From positions 1,600,001 to 1,664,000 of the forward strand of contig OY762964.1 in NCBI GenBank assembly GCA_963667035.1: a stretch of DNA of 64,000 nucleotides. Direction: 5' to 3'. Positions 20,527 through 30,632 of the stretch are shown here, one piece after another. Position numbers and translations under genes: made by a program. The notes under the pieces were generated by a model. The model made no database searches and was not told the DNA's origin. It worked only from the letters and a program-made list of their open reading frames with translations. How positions within the stretch are numbered: position 1 is the stretch's first letter; each line of letters opens with the position of its first letter. Source of the stretch: Candidatus Cloacimonadales bacterium (lineage in GTDB: Bacteria > Cloacimonadota > Cloacimonadia > Cloacimonadales > JAFGVF01).

Positions 20527-21941
20527 TTAATCTCCTTCATCTCGTTGATTGTGAATTTAAAATGGGTGTACAAATTTTCTTCCGATTCGACCCATATCTT
20601 TCCATTGTGCTTTTCTACTATCTTTTGACATATAGCTAAACCTATTCCGGTTCCCGGATATTCATATCTGCTATGCAGTCTTTTAAAAGGTTGGAATATC
20701 TGTTGTCTATATTCCTCTTTGATTCCGATACCGTTATCTTTAACTCCAAGAATATACTTATCATCGATGTGTTCACAAGTAATCTCAATGACAGGTTGTT
20801 CCTTATTGGAGAATTTCAAAGCATTCTGTATCAGGTTTTGGAATACTAAAGATATCAGAATAGGGTCACCTATTATATTAGGTAGTTCTGTTTTTATGAT
20901 TTTAGCATTTGTTTGATTAATTCTATCGTTCATTAGAACAAGTACCTTATCGACAGTATCTTGTAGATTTACGGTATTAATATCAAGTTCACTTCTCCCT
21001 GTGCGTGAAAAAGATAATAAATCTTGAATGAGTCTTTGCATTCTTGAGGCAGCATCAACTATGTATTCAATGTCCATCTTGGCATTATCATTTAAGTCAT
21101 TACCGATATCCTTCTCAAGCAGAGAAGAGAAGGATATAAGCTTTCTGAGCGGTTCTTGTAAATCATGACTTGCTATATAGGTAAACTCATCCAGTTCCTT
21201 ATTCTTTTTTAACAGAGAGGAGTTTAAGTCTATAAGCTCTCTCTCCCTAAAGTCAACTCTTTTTGCCATTTCAGAGAATGACTCTATCAAATGGCCAATC
21301 TCATCTTCTTTAAGATCAGGTATATCTAGAATGAAATTCCCCTGAGTTACACTGTTAACGTATTCTTCCATATCACTGAGAGGTAGCATCATTTTCCTAT
21401 GTAGCATTAGCACCCAGAACATAATTATCAAGCTTAAGAGAGCTACTACGGATATAAAAGCTGCATGAACAAGTTTGCTATAAAATACATGTTTATGATC
21501 AATTAAATGTCTAAGTCTTTTAGCAGTAGCTCTTACTTCCACATTGATTAGGAAGAAGTTGGAAACAAAGTAATCATAAGAAGTTTCTGTTACGGAGGAA
21601 TGACTTAACTCGGTAAAAGATGATCTTAAAGCATAGTATTGCTTTTCCAATTGTTCATACTCTTCATGTCCTATATCTGTATCCTTCAGATTTAAAATTG
21701 TTTGCTCCATCTGGTGATGCTTAACGACCCATTGAAAACTAGCCCTTGGATTCTTAAATAGAACATATTCCATAGATAGATCCGATAACAATGCTAAATC
21801 TAATTGAGCTTGCTCAATATGTTTTAATGAATGGTATAATTTACTAAGCCTAATCTTTATAGTGATTATACCTGTAATGGAGATAAGCAGGACTGCTAAT
21901 GTAACAAAGACATTTAGCTTAAGGATTGTTCTAATCTTCAT
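20523..21941 (-). CDS. Membrane sensor histidine kinase (HAMP-HisKA-HATPase)
   Basis: Two TM helices, DEIG, ASHDLQEPLR, NALKF, DNGIG, GTGIGL. Confidence 0.92.
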   Translation of the reverse strand: MKIRTILKLNVFVTLAVLLISITGIITIKIRLSKLYHSLKHIEQAQLDLALLSDLSMEYVLFKNPRASFQWVVKHHQMEQTILNLKDTDIGHEEYEQLEKQYYALRSSFTELSHSSVTETSYDYFVSNFFLINVEVRATAKRLRHLIDHKHVFYSKLVHAAFISVVALLSLIIMFWVLMLHRKMMLPLSDMEEYVNSVTQGNFILDIPDLKEDEIGHLIESFSEMAKRVDFRERELIDLNSSLLKKNKELDEFTYIASHDLQEPLRKLISFSSLLEKDIGNDLNDNAKMDIEYIVDAASRMQRLIQDLLSFSRTGRSELDINTVNLQDTVDKVLVLMNDRINQTNAKIIKTELPNIIGDPILISLVFQNLIQNALKFSNKEQPVIEITCEHIDDKYILGVKDNGIGIKEEYRQQIFQPFKRLHSRYEYPGTGIGLAICQKIVEKHNGKIWVESEENLYTHFKFTINEMKEIK

Positions 21942-22954
21942 TTTTTTATAATTGTTACCCTTTCTTGAATTATGGTTTTCATTATTTCCGGTCTCATTAC
22001 TTCTAGTAACTCCGGTACTTGATCATTCGCAATGCCTTGTTTCTCGGAAAGCCATCGCTTCTCCGAGTCCATAATTACTATTAAGTTCTGAGGAAATGTG
22101 AGGAACAATCTTTCATTGTTCAGATTCTCTTTAACTTGCTCAATAGAAGTCTTGGTGTAATCGCTGAGAAGTTGGATTGATGAATCGGTATTTTTTTGAA
22201 AGTACATCTCTGCTGAATACAGAGATTTAAGAAACTTCTTTGTGTTATCAAGATTCTCATCAAGCCATTGATTACTACTTACAAGTATGAAATAGAAATC
22301 TTGATTCTGCTGTGCATCAAACTTGATTGTTTTATCCGGCATAGCACTTTCTATCATAGAAATATTTGGTTCCCATAATGTTGTAGCATCTATGGAGCCG
22401 TTAGCCATTGAAGTTATAATCTGACTAGGTTCCATATCAGTTAATAATACATCATTTAGGGATAAGTCATGGTTATTGAGTAGTCTACCTAGATAATATT
22501 CGGCTATGCTTCCCACTTTAACAGCAACTCTTTTATTCTTTAAATTAGCAATACTTTCGATACCTGCATCTGTTCTTGCTATAAGCCAGTTGAGCTTTGC
22601 TTTCGCAAATGAACCTATAACACAATTATCCGAAGTAGTACAGTGAGTCATGCTGTCTTTTACAAAAACAAACTCAGAACAGGAAGCAATATCTGCATCA
22701 CCTTTATCCACGGCGTCCAATGCTGCTTTTCCCGAGCTATAGTTAGTAATCTCTACATGCAATCCATTGTCGGTGAAAATCCCCATTTGATCTGCAATAA
22801 AGATTAGACCGGAGACATCTCCTTTATAAGCGGCAACCCTGATTGTATGCGTTAAGTTATCTTTAGATTTTGTCTTTGAAATGATGAGAATTAGCAGTAG
22901 GACTAAGATGATTATGATTACTAGAAGAGATATGTATTTGATATTTCTTTTCAT
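21938..22954 (-). CDS. SsuA/NMT1-like substrate-binding protein
   Basis: N-terminal anchor, IADQMGIF..GL, LKNKRVAV, GSIDA..LWEP. Confidence 0.8.
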   Translation of the reverse strand: MKRNIKYISLLVIIIILVLLLILIISKTKSKDNLTHTIRVAAYKGDVSGLIFIADQMGIFTDNGLHVEITNYSSGKAALDAVDKGDADIASCSEFVFVKDSMTHCTTSDNCVIGSFAKAKLNWLIARTDAGIESIANLKNKRVAVKVGSIAEYYLGRLLNNHDLSLNDVLLTDMEPSQIITSMANGSIDATTLWEPNISMIESAMPDKTIKFDAQQNQDFYFILVSSNQWLDENLDNTKKFLKSLYSAEMYFQKNTDSSIQLLSDYTKTSIEQVKENLNNERLFLTFPQNLIVIMDSEKRWLSEKQGIANDQVPELLEVMRPEIMKTIIQERVTIIKK

Positions 22955-22961
22955 AGAATGC

Positions 22962-23393
22962 CTATTCCTTCTCTTGTATCCAGTTTTCCCGTAAAGAGAT
23001 AAATGTCTTTAGGAAATCTTCAAAACAGATTGGTTTTGTTGCAAAGAAATTAACCCCTAAATCGTATGTTTTAAACTTATCTCGACTATACTCTGAAGTG
23101 GTAAAAACTATAATGACTAAATCATTGAAATATGAATCTTTTCTAACAGCTTCAAGGACTTGGAAGCCATCTACTTTAGGCATATTTAAATCTAAAAACA
23201 TTAAATCCGGTCGAGGATGTTTAGAGGAATTAGAATATTTTTCTCTATGGTATAAGTAATCCAGAGCTTCTTCTCCATTATCAACAAAAAATAACTCATC
23301 ATCAAAGTCACTTTTCTCTAGTGCTCTCTTTATAAGTTCTTGATCAGCCGGATCATCTTCAACAATTAACAGCTTGGCTTTTCTTTTTGGCAT
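22962..23393 (-). CDS. Single-domain response regulator
   Basis: LIVEDD, FLDLNMPKVDG, TKP; paralog of 20077. Confidence 0.9.
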   Translation of the reverse strand: MPKRKAKLLIVEDDPADQELIKRALEKSDFDDELFFVDNGEEALDYLYHREKYSNSSKHPRPDLMFLDLNMPKVDGFQVLEAVRKDSYFNDLVIIVFTTSEYSRDKFKTYDLGVNFFATKPICFEDFLKTFISLRENWIQEKE

Positions 23394-23595
23394 TGAGACT
23401 CCTTAGGAAGCTGAGAAACAATGGTTATGGGGGAAATTTATATCAAACCCGAAATTACCTCCAACGAATAACATGTATATAATATGCATGAAATCAATTA
23501 TGTCAATATATTCCTTTGTTGAAAAAGACGATTTTATTCTGAAAATAAAAAAGCAGAGTATTTCTACTCTGCTTTCGGATGAAATCATATCTTAT

Positions 23596-24087
23596 TTAGA
23601 AAGGTTCAAATCTATTGAATCTCCAATATATCTCTTCAGCATCTTTTTGGATTTTTATTAGTTCATCATAGTGCTTCATCTCCCAATCAGCTAAGATATG
23701 GAAGAAATCACTAAGAGCTTTAACATCTTTAGTATCTTTTGCACATTGCTGATAATAATCAATACCATTCTTCTCTAACAATACGGCAGTTGAAATAGCA
23801 GAAAACAGGAATTGGTCTTCACTTATTCTTTTTACAAAGTTTTCGGAAATAGCAGGGCTAATAGCCGGATCTTTTAATTCAATGTCTGCAATATCGCCCA
23901 TACCATCCATGGCATCATAGTAGCTTAAAAGGAAATTGTAATGTTTCTTCTCCTCTTCTGCTCTATCTAAAAAGAATTTCTTCACTTCTTGGTCTTCTGT
24001 TTTAGAAGCGGCATTCTCATACAATGTAACAGAATCCATTTCTGCTTTCATTCCACCTCTAATTGCTTTTAGCATCATTTCTTTCAT
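23596..24087 (-). CDS. Ferritin-like/rubrerythrin-family protein
   Basis: Two E...ExxH pairs (EKKH, EMKH). Confidence 0.85.
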   Translation of the reverse strand: MKEMMLKAIRGGMKAEMDSVTLYENAASKTEDQEVKKFFLDRAEEEKKHYNFLLSYYDAMDGMGDIADIELKDPAISPAISENFVKRISEDQFLFSAISTAVLLEKNGIDYYQQCAKDTKDVKALSDFFHILADWEMKHYDELIKIQKDAEEIYWRFNRFEPF

Positions 24088-24161
24088 ATAATACCTCCAA
24101 ACTTAACTCTACTATAGTTTATAGCAATTAGTCATAAAACCAATAATTAATCACAAAATGA

Positions 24162-24800
24162 TTAATGATTTATTATAAATAGCTCTCTCTTAGGTCTGGA
24201 TTTGATTTCCTGAATAATATCGACAAACTTAGCAAGCTCTTGAGTAAGCTTATCACTGCTTTCGTTATTCATAATAACATAGTCAGATAGAGCTTTCTTC
24301 TTCTCTATGCTGATTTGAGAATTAAGAATATTGATGGCACTACTCTCATCGATATTACGATTCACTACGAGTCTGACTAACTGAGTAGCTTTGGAAGCAT
24401 ATACAAGTACGTTGTAATCAAAACATTCCTGCAACTCAGCTTCAAAAAGTAGAGGAACTTCAAAGAAACAATATTTCTGTTCACAAGAATCGTATAACAC
24501 CTGCATTTCTTTTAGAATCAGAGGGTGTAGAAGATTGTTTAGTTGTAAACGTAGAGATTTGTTTTTAAAGACTAAATTACCCAATATTGTTCTGTCAATG
24601 GAGTTGTTTACTAAAATTGAATTACCAAACAAATCCGCAATATCTTTCTGAACTGAAGTCTTATTATAAAGTGCGTGAGTAATAGAATCAGCAGAATATA
24701 CTTGAAAGTTCATGTCTCTGAGCATGCTACAGAATGTGGATTTACCTGTAGCCACTCCTCCGGTGATTGAGATTAATATTGCTTTGTCAGATGATTGCAT
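24162..24800 (-). CDS. coaE: Dephospho-CoA kinase
   Basis: ITGGVATGKS, IDRTILG, HPLI, EVPLLFE; ATG 24800 is more likely than 24932. Confidence 0.92.
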   Translation of the reverse strand: MQSSDKAILISITGGVATGKSTFCSMLRDMNFQVYSADSITHALYNKTSVQKDIADLFGNSILVNNSIDRTILGNLVFKNKSLRLQLNNLLHPLILKEMQVLYDSCEQKYCFFEVPLLFEAELQECFDYNVLVYASKATQLVRLVVNRNIDESSAINILNSQISIEKKKALSDYVIMNNESSDKLTQELAKFVDIIQEIKSRPKRELFIINH

Positions 24801-25530
24801 CTTTGAGTTTATGATGAAGTTCTTCGGAAGAAATGTTTCTATTGAGTTTACCATTGAAAGCATACGAAATGTTACCTGTTTCTTCAGAGATAATGATAAC
24901 AAAAGCATCAGTGACATCAGAAATCCCGACACCTGCTAAATGACGAGTTCCATGCTTTTCTTTAGTGAAATCATCATTCCCGAGAGGTAGGATAACTTTT
25001 GCAGCAACAATTCTATCTTTTCTAACAATTATAGCTCCGTCATGCAGTTTGGACTGTGGAGAAAATATGTTGTTAACAATTGGTAATGACAGTTTAGCAT
25101 CAAGTTCCACACCACTGGTAATATAATCATTCAGACGTCTCTTATTCTCAATCACAAAGATTGCACCAATACGTTGACTGGCAAGAGCAGTAACAGATTC
25201 AAGTAGCTCGAAGTAAAAATCCTTATCTTTCTTGGTTCCTGTATTCTCCCATATTCTGGAAATACCACTTTTAGTAAAAAACTTCCTTATCTCAGGCTGG
25301 AATATAATAAGGATAATCACTAGCCAATAATCTTTAATGTTTCTTAGTAGTGAGGAGAACATTCTTAAGTGAAGTAAGTTTGCTAGGAAGAATAGAACTA
25401 CTACAGCAATCACTCCGAAAACAAAGTACCAATAACTTGTTTGCTTCGTTAGATTCAAGAACAGGAATATAACTCCACCTATCAAGAGTATATCGACTAA
25501 ATCAATCAAAGATGGTAGAAGCAGACCCAT
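24787..25530 (-). CDS. cdaA: Membrane-bound diadenylate cyclase (CdaA type)
   Basis: Three TM helices, FQPEIR, LHDGA, GTRH, SEETG. Confidence 0.9.
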   Translation of the reverse strand: MGLLLPSLIDLVDILLIGGVIFLFLNLTKQTSYWYFVFGVIAVVVLFFLANLLHLRMFSSLLRNIKDYWLVIILIIFQPEIRKFFTKSGISRIWENTGTKKDKDFYFELLESVTALASQRIGAIFVIENKRRLNDYITSGVELDAKLSLPIVNNIFSPQSKLHDGAIIVRKDRIVAAKVILPLGNDDFTKEKHGTRHLAGVGISDVTDAFVIIISEETGNISYAFNGKLNRNISSEELHHKLKDAII

Positions 25531-25535
25531 ATTAA

Positions 25536-26591
25536 TTATCCTTTGTTTATAGATGCATACACTTTAAGGTATTGCATGTTATCGGAAACATCATGAACTC
25601 TTATGTATTGAATAGAATTATCGTAGGCAAGTGAAGTAGTTACTAATGTTCCGGGAACTCTCGCAGTAGGAGTTGAAGGATATATCTTATTAATGAAGCT
25701 CTTCCTGCTTGCTCCCAATAACACTTCACATCCGAAGGAATGGAGTATTGATAAATACCTCAACAGATTTGTGTTGTCTTCTTGTTTTTTTCCAAACCCG
25801 ATCCCGGGATCAACTATTATTCTGTCTTTAACTATTCCATGTAAAAGGCAAAACTCAATTCGCTCTTCAAAGAAACTTATAATATCCTCAACTATATTAT
25901 CATATTCAGGACTATTCTGCATTGTCTCCGGGTTTCCTAACATGTGCATTAATACGATCTTTGTTTGAGGATTGCTCTTAAGCACTTCAATCATATCATT
26001 ATCAAAGCGTAGAGCACTTATATCGTTGATTATTAATGCTCCTGAATTTGTCGCTTCTTCCGCAACTTTAGCTTTGTATGTATCTACTGATACGACTATT
26101 TCATTCTGCTCAAGAATATCTTTAACAACAGGAACCACACGTTTAAGTTCCTCGCCTAAGCCAACTTTCTCAGCTCCCGGTCTTGTGGATTCACCACCAA
26201 TATCTATAATACCGGCACCATGTTTAACAAGCTTTTCAGCATGTTGCAAAGCAGTTGTTCTTGATAGATATTTGTTCCCGTCACTGAATGAGTCGGGAGT
26301 AATGTTTAGAATTCCCATGATAACTGGGATTGATTTATCCCTTATCCCTAACAATTCTTTAATTATATTGACTTTTATATCAGTATATTTAATTAAATCT
26401 CTATAGTTGGTTATGGTAACCAATGAAAAGTATCTCTCGGAATGGAATACAGATTCCGTACAAAGTTTATACCTACTGACAATATTCAAACCGATTAATC
26501 TTGAAGCTACCGCAAATTCAATCCTGGAATTGAATAACTCAAAGTAATTCTTCACATCACTAATAGTATTAAACTTGATTATGTAGTTCAT
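25536..26591 (-). CDS. folP: Dihydropteroate synthase
   Basis: IMGILNITPDSFSDG, GGESTRPG, DPGIGFGK, SRKSF, RVHDV. Confidence 0.95.
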   Translation of the reverse strand: MNYIIKFNTISDVKNYFELFNSRIEFAVASRLIGLNIVSRYKLCTESVFHSERYFSLVTITNYRDLIKYTDIKVNIIKELLGIRDKSIPVIMGILNITPDSFSDGNKYLSRTTALQHAEKLVKHGAGIIDIGGESTRPGAEKVGLGEELKRVVPVVKDILEQNEIVVSVDTYKAKVAEEATNSGALIINDISALRFDNDMIEVLKSNPQTKIVLMHMLGNPETMQNSPEYDNIVEDIISFFEERIEFCLLHGIVKDRIIVDPGIGFGKKQEDNTNLLRYLSILHSFGCEVLLGASRKSFINKIYPSTPTARVPGTLVTTSLAYDNSIQYIRVHDVSDNMQYLKVYASINKG

Positions 26592-27325
26592 TAATTTACC
26601 TGATAGATAAAGGTTATCTTACCTTTTATCGGTTTTTCCTGTCCTACAGCATTGAATTTCCATTCTTTAAGAGCATTAACACTTAATGTCTCCATTTCAG
26701 GGAAAGCTTTCTTTAAAACTATGATATTCGATACTGAGCCATCGGGGTTGACTTGGAATTCCAGTGTAACTTTAGCATTCTTTCTAATGTTCTTCGGATA
26801 TTCAGGAATCTTTTTTGTCAGTACCTGTCTCATAAGAACGTCACCTTCAAGTAAGAAGGGAGAATTATCTCTATGATTTCCTTTAACAGATTCTACAAAC
26901 TTTTCAAGATACTTACTCTTAACTTCCATTTGAGGGTTGTAGTCTCTCATTTCCTGTCTTTTTATCTCAGGCGTTTCTTCCGCCGATCTTTTAAACAAGT
27001 CACTTTTATCGAATCTGTTTCTGCTTCTTATTAAATCATCAATTGAAAGGTCATCAGCCATATTCGTTAGTGTTTTAGCAGAATAATCTTCTTCGACTTG
27101 AGCATTACTGAATTTCTGCTCTTCTTGACTCACACGTTCTTGGTCCTGGTGATAACCTTTGGGTAAATTGACTTCATCTGACAAGTCAAATTCCCATATC
27201 TGCATATCACTGCTTGCTGAGGCCGGGAAAGCTCCGAATTTAATGAGTGAACCAACCAAGAACAGTAGCAGGTGTAAAGCTACTGAATATATCAATCCCT
27301 TCTTAATATAAGCATCACTGAGCAT
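26591..27325 (-). CDS. tonB: TonB-family energy transducer
   Basis: SxxLH TM anchor, PEYP, C-terminal TonB fold; follows exbBD. Confidence 0.8.
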   Translation of the reverse strand: MLSDAYIKKGLIYSVALHLLLFLVGSLIKFGAFPASASSDMQIWEFDLSDEVNLPKGYHQDQERVSQEEQKFSNAQVEEDYSAKTLTNMADDLSIDDLIRSRNRFDKSDLFKRSAEETPEIKRQEMRDYNPQMEVKSKYLEKFVESVKGNHRDNSPFLLEGDVLMRQVLTKKIPEYPKNIRKNAKVTLEFQVNPDGSVSNIIVLKKAFPEMETLSVNALKEWKFNAVGQEKPIKGKITFIYQVN

Positions 27326-27716
27326 TTTTAGTAGCTATATAAAGTTTTTGGAATCCTGCTAATTTAATTGCGTCCATGAGTTTCACAATATTCTCAAGAG
27401 CAATGTTTTTATCAGCACGGATAAAGACTGTGAAGTCCGGTTTCTTTTCATGCAAGGATGAGAGTTTAACAGGAAGCTCATTCCAGTTAACTTGCTTATC
27501 TTCCAAATACAGATTGTAGTTTTCGTCATACATTACATGGATGATATTAGCGTTTGCCTGAGTTTGTGATTTAGCAGAAGGCAATTTAACCTGCATTCCC
27601 TTATTGTTGTTGAAGTTAGAGGATATCAGCAGAAATATGATTAAAAGAAACATCACATCAGTCATCGAAATTAAAACCGTTTCTTTAATTCGCTTCTTCT
27701 GAGTATTTATTTTCAT
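27315..27716 (-). CDS. exbD: ExbD/TolR
   Basis: MTDVMFLLIIF, LPSA, IRADK. Confidence 0.9.
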   Translation of the reverse strand: MKINTQKKRIKETVLISMTDVMFLLIIFLLISSNFNNNKGMQVKLPSAKSQTQANANIIHVMYDENYNLYLEDKQVNWNELPVKLSSLHEKKPDFTVFIRADKNIALENIVKLMDAIKLAGFQKLYIATKNAQ

Positions 27717-27719
27717 AGA

Positions 27720-28337
27720 TTAATCCAATTCGTTGCTTTCAATTTTAATCATTAGTCCTGTTAATGCTTCTTCAAGCATCTTTGCATAGGTCTCAACAAA
27801 ACTAACAAAGTAATTATAAAATAGAATAGATATAATACCAATAACGAGACCGCCAACAGTTGTTAATAAAGCTTCCCAGATACCACCGGCAAAAGCACTC
27901 ACATCAACTCCGACAGGTGATCTCTCAATGTTCATGAATACTTTAACCATACCTGTAACGGTTCCAAGGAATCCTATTAGGGGTGATATTGCTGCAAATG
28001 TTGCTAGTACTCCCAGATATTTATCAAGCTTATGAACTTCTCTTTCTGCAATACCGACAGCATTTTCTTTAAAGGCTTTCGGATTTAATTCTTTTAATTC
28101 TATTAACCTAGCAATAATTCTTGCTAGAGGAGTCTCTCCTAACTGAGTTTCCAAGAAACCTTTTAAGTGGGACATGCTTGTTATGGTGTTTAGCTGATCA
28201 ACCATAACTTTATCCACATCATTAATCTTCTTGAATTCCATTAACTTGGCAATTGCGATTGCCACTACTATTACGCCACATATTAGAAGGGCAAACATTA
28301 AAAGTCCACCCTTCATGAAAATACTAAACAAATTCAT
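27720..28337 (-). CDS. exbB: ExbB/TolQ/MotA proton channel
   Basis: PLIGFLGTVTGM, GIWEALLTTVGGL. Confidence 0.9.
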   Translation of the reverse strand: MNLFSIFMKGGLLMFALLICGVIVVAIAIAKLMEFKKINDVDKVMVDQLNTITSMSHLKGFLETQLGETPLARIIARLIELKELNPKAFKENAVGIAEREVHKLDKYLGVLATFAAISPLIGFLGTVTGMVKVFMNIERSPVGVDVSAFAGGIWEALLTTVGGLVIGIISILFYNYFVSFVETYAKMLEEALTGLMIKIESNELD

Positions 28338-28358
28338 TAATTACCTCATCTTATAAGG

Positions 28359-30614
28359 TTAGCATTTTGACCAACCGCAAGAGTTGCATTTCAGGCAACC
28401 TTCAGCATGTTCGATACTACTACCGCACTCAGGACAAGTTTTCATCATACCCATTGGGGTTTCTACTACTTCTTCGTTCTCTGTTTCTTGAACTTCAAAG
28501 TTTGTTATTGTCTTGTTCCCGTAAATATTTCTGTAATTCTCTAAAGCTTGAGCTACTGCATCAGAGCAAGAAGTTATAAGCTTTCCTTTGTTCCACATCG
28601 GGGAGGGGCATCTGATTCCTTTAAGATGCTTGATTATTGAGTCTATATCAATATTAGCCCTTAAAGAAATTGAGACTAAGCGTGCAATTCCTTCTAACTG
28701 AGCTGAAGCACAACCACCGACCTTACCCATTTGAGTGAACAACTCACAAGCTCCATGCTCATCTGAGTTAATAGTAACATATAAATGTCCGCAACCGGTA
28801 TGCATACGCTGAGTTATACCTGCAGTCACTTCCGGACGTTTTCTAGGCTCAAGTACTGATTGAGCTTTCGTACCGTCATTAACTTTTGTACCAACATTCA
28901 ATACCTGGTTCTCACGGCTTCCGTCACGATAAACTGTAATACCTTTGCAACCAAGATCATACGCTAATTCATATGCGATTCTTATATCATCCTTAGTAGC
29001 TTCTCTAGCAAAATTGATGGTCTTAGATACGGCATTATCAGTATATTTCTGGAAAGCTGCTTGCATTCTTATATGCCATTCGGGAGAAATATCATGCGAA
29101 ACGACATACACTTTCTTAATATCTTCGGGTATCTCGTCTATATCATGTAATGTCCCGTTATCGGAAATCTTTTCCATAAGCTCTTTAGTGTATATGCCTC
29201 GTTCTTTAAGCATGTTTTCAAGGTGTTTGTTAACATATAGAAGCTTTTCTCCATCCATTACGTTCTTAACATAGACTAATGAGAATTGAGGCTCAACACC
29301 ACCCGAAGTATCCATGATCATGCTCAAAGTTCCGGTTGGAGCAATTGTCGTTAAAGTTGCATTTCTTATACCATACTCAGCTATATCTTTATTCAAACTA
29401 TCCCAATCAAGTTTGTTTGACACTCTCTTTAATAAACCTTTTGAGTAAATACTGCCTTCATAGCTTGGGAAGGCACCTTTAATTTTAGCCATCTCAATTG
29501 ACTTCATCTTAGAATGATAATCTATGAATTCCATGATTTCTTCAGCTAAACTGACAGCCTCATCACTATTGTATGGAATATTAAGTTGGAATAGTAAATC
29601 AGCCCATCCCATGATGCCTAAACCGATCTTTCTGTTTTTCTTAACAGTCTCGTCAATCTCAGGTAGTGGGAAGTTAGATCTTTCAATGACGTCATCAAGA
29701 AACTCTGTTGCTAACATAGTTGTCTCTTTAAGAGCATCCCAGTCAATTTTACCGTTCATGAAGAATGCTGATAAATTTATGGAACCTAGATTACAAGCTT
29801 CATTAGGAAGAAGGGGTTGTTCTCCACAAGGGTTTGTTGCTTCAATCTCTCCCAAGTGCGGAGTTGGATTGCAAGCATTGATTCTATCGAGGAAAATGAG
29901 TCCCGGTTCTCCATTTTTATGTGCCATTTCCACTATTAGCTCAAAGACATCTCTGGCTTTAAGAGTATTTGTAACTTCCTTTGTATGAGGGGATATAAGA
30001 TTGTATTCTTCATCTCTTCTCACTGCTTGCATGAATTCTGCAGTTAAACCAACACTTATGTTGAAATTGGTTAACTCGCTAGTGTCTTCTTTACAGCTTA
30101 CAAATTCTATGATTTGGGGGTGGTCAATACTAAGTATTGCCATATTGGCACCTCTTCGTGTACCTCCTTGTTTTACTGCATCAGTAGCAGCATTGAAAAC
30201 TTTAAGGAAAGAGATAGGTCCGCTTGAAACTCCGTTTGTTGATCTGACTCTAGCATTTGATTCCCTCAATCTACTGAAACTAAAACCGGTCCCACCACCG
30301 CTTTTATGAATCAAAGCAGCATTCTTAATAGTAGTGAAAATACTATCCATACTATCATCAATAGGTAAAACAAAACAGGCAGATAACTGCTGTAAATCAT
30401 TTCCCGCATTCATTAATGTCGGTGAGTTAGGTAGGAATCTCCCTGAATTCAATAAATCAAAATAGTTCTTACTTTTATCTTTGTCCCCATGAGCAATGTC
30501 ATTGGCAACTCTAGTTGTCAATGCTTTCCAGTCCTCAATAAGGCTTCCATCTTTGTCTTTTTTAAAATATCTTTTCTTCAAAACTGTAATAGCATTATCC
30601 GTTAGCTGCATCAA
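28359..30614 (-). CDS. nrdJ: Class II (B12-dependent) ribonucleotide reductase
   Basis: PNSPTLMN, LSACF, QGGTRRGANM, TNPCGEQ, APTGT, C-terminal TSCPD-like region and Zn ribbon. Confidence 0.95.
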   Translation of the reverse strand: MMQLTDNAITVLKKRYFKKDKDGSLIEDWKALTTRVANDIAHGDKDKSKNYFDLLNSGRFLPNSPTLMNAGNDLQQLSACFVLPIDDSMDSIFTTIKNAALIHKSGGGTGFSFSRLRESNARVRSTNGVSSGPISFLKVFNAATDAVKQGGTRRGANMAILSIDHPQIIEFVSCKEDTSELTNFNISVGLTAEFMQAVRRDEEYNLISPHTKEVTNTLKARDVFELIVEMAHKNGEPGLIFLDRINACNPTPHLGEIEATNPCGEQPLLPNEACNLGSINLSAFFMNGKIDWDALKETTMLATEFLDDVIERSNFPLPEIDETVKKNRKIGLGIMGWADLLFQLNIPYNSDEAVSLAEEIMEFIDYHSKMKSIEMAKIKGAFPSYEGSIYSKGLLKRVSNKLDWDSLNKDIAEYGIRNATLTTIAPTGTLSMIMDTSGGVEPQFSLVYVKNVMDGEKLLYVNKHLENMLKERGIYTKELMEKISDNGTLHDIDEIPEDIKKVYVVSHDISPEWHIRMQAAFQKYTDNAVSKTINFAREATKDDIRIAYELAYDLGCKGITVYRDGSRENQVLNVGTKVNDGTKAQSVLEPRKRPEVTAGITQRMHTGCGHLYVTINSDEHGACELFTQMGKVGGCASAQLEGIARLVSISLRANIDIDSIIKHLKGIRCPSPMWNKGKLITSCSDAVAQALENYRNIYGNKTITNFEVQETENEEVVETPMGMMKTCPECGSSIEHAEGCLKCNSCGWSKC

Positions 30615-30632
30615 TTCTCCTTCCTTTTTTCT

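Noticed and set aside
23403..23661. Two ~60-aa ORFs between the receiver and ferritin-like genes
   Set aside because: AT-rich promoter-like region with no RBS or motif support.
28367..30309. Antisense ORFs of 60-154 aa over nrdJ, and similar ones over folP, terL, portal and transposase
   Set aside because: Shadows of well-supported opposite-strand genes, with no motifs.
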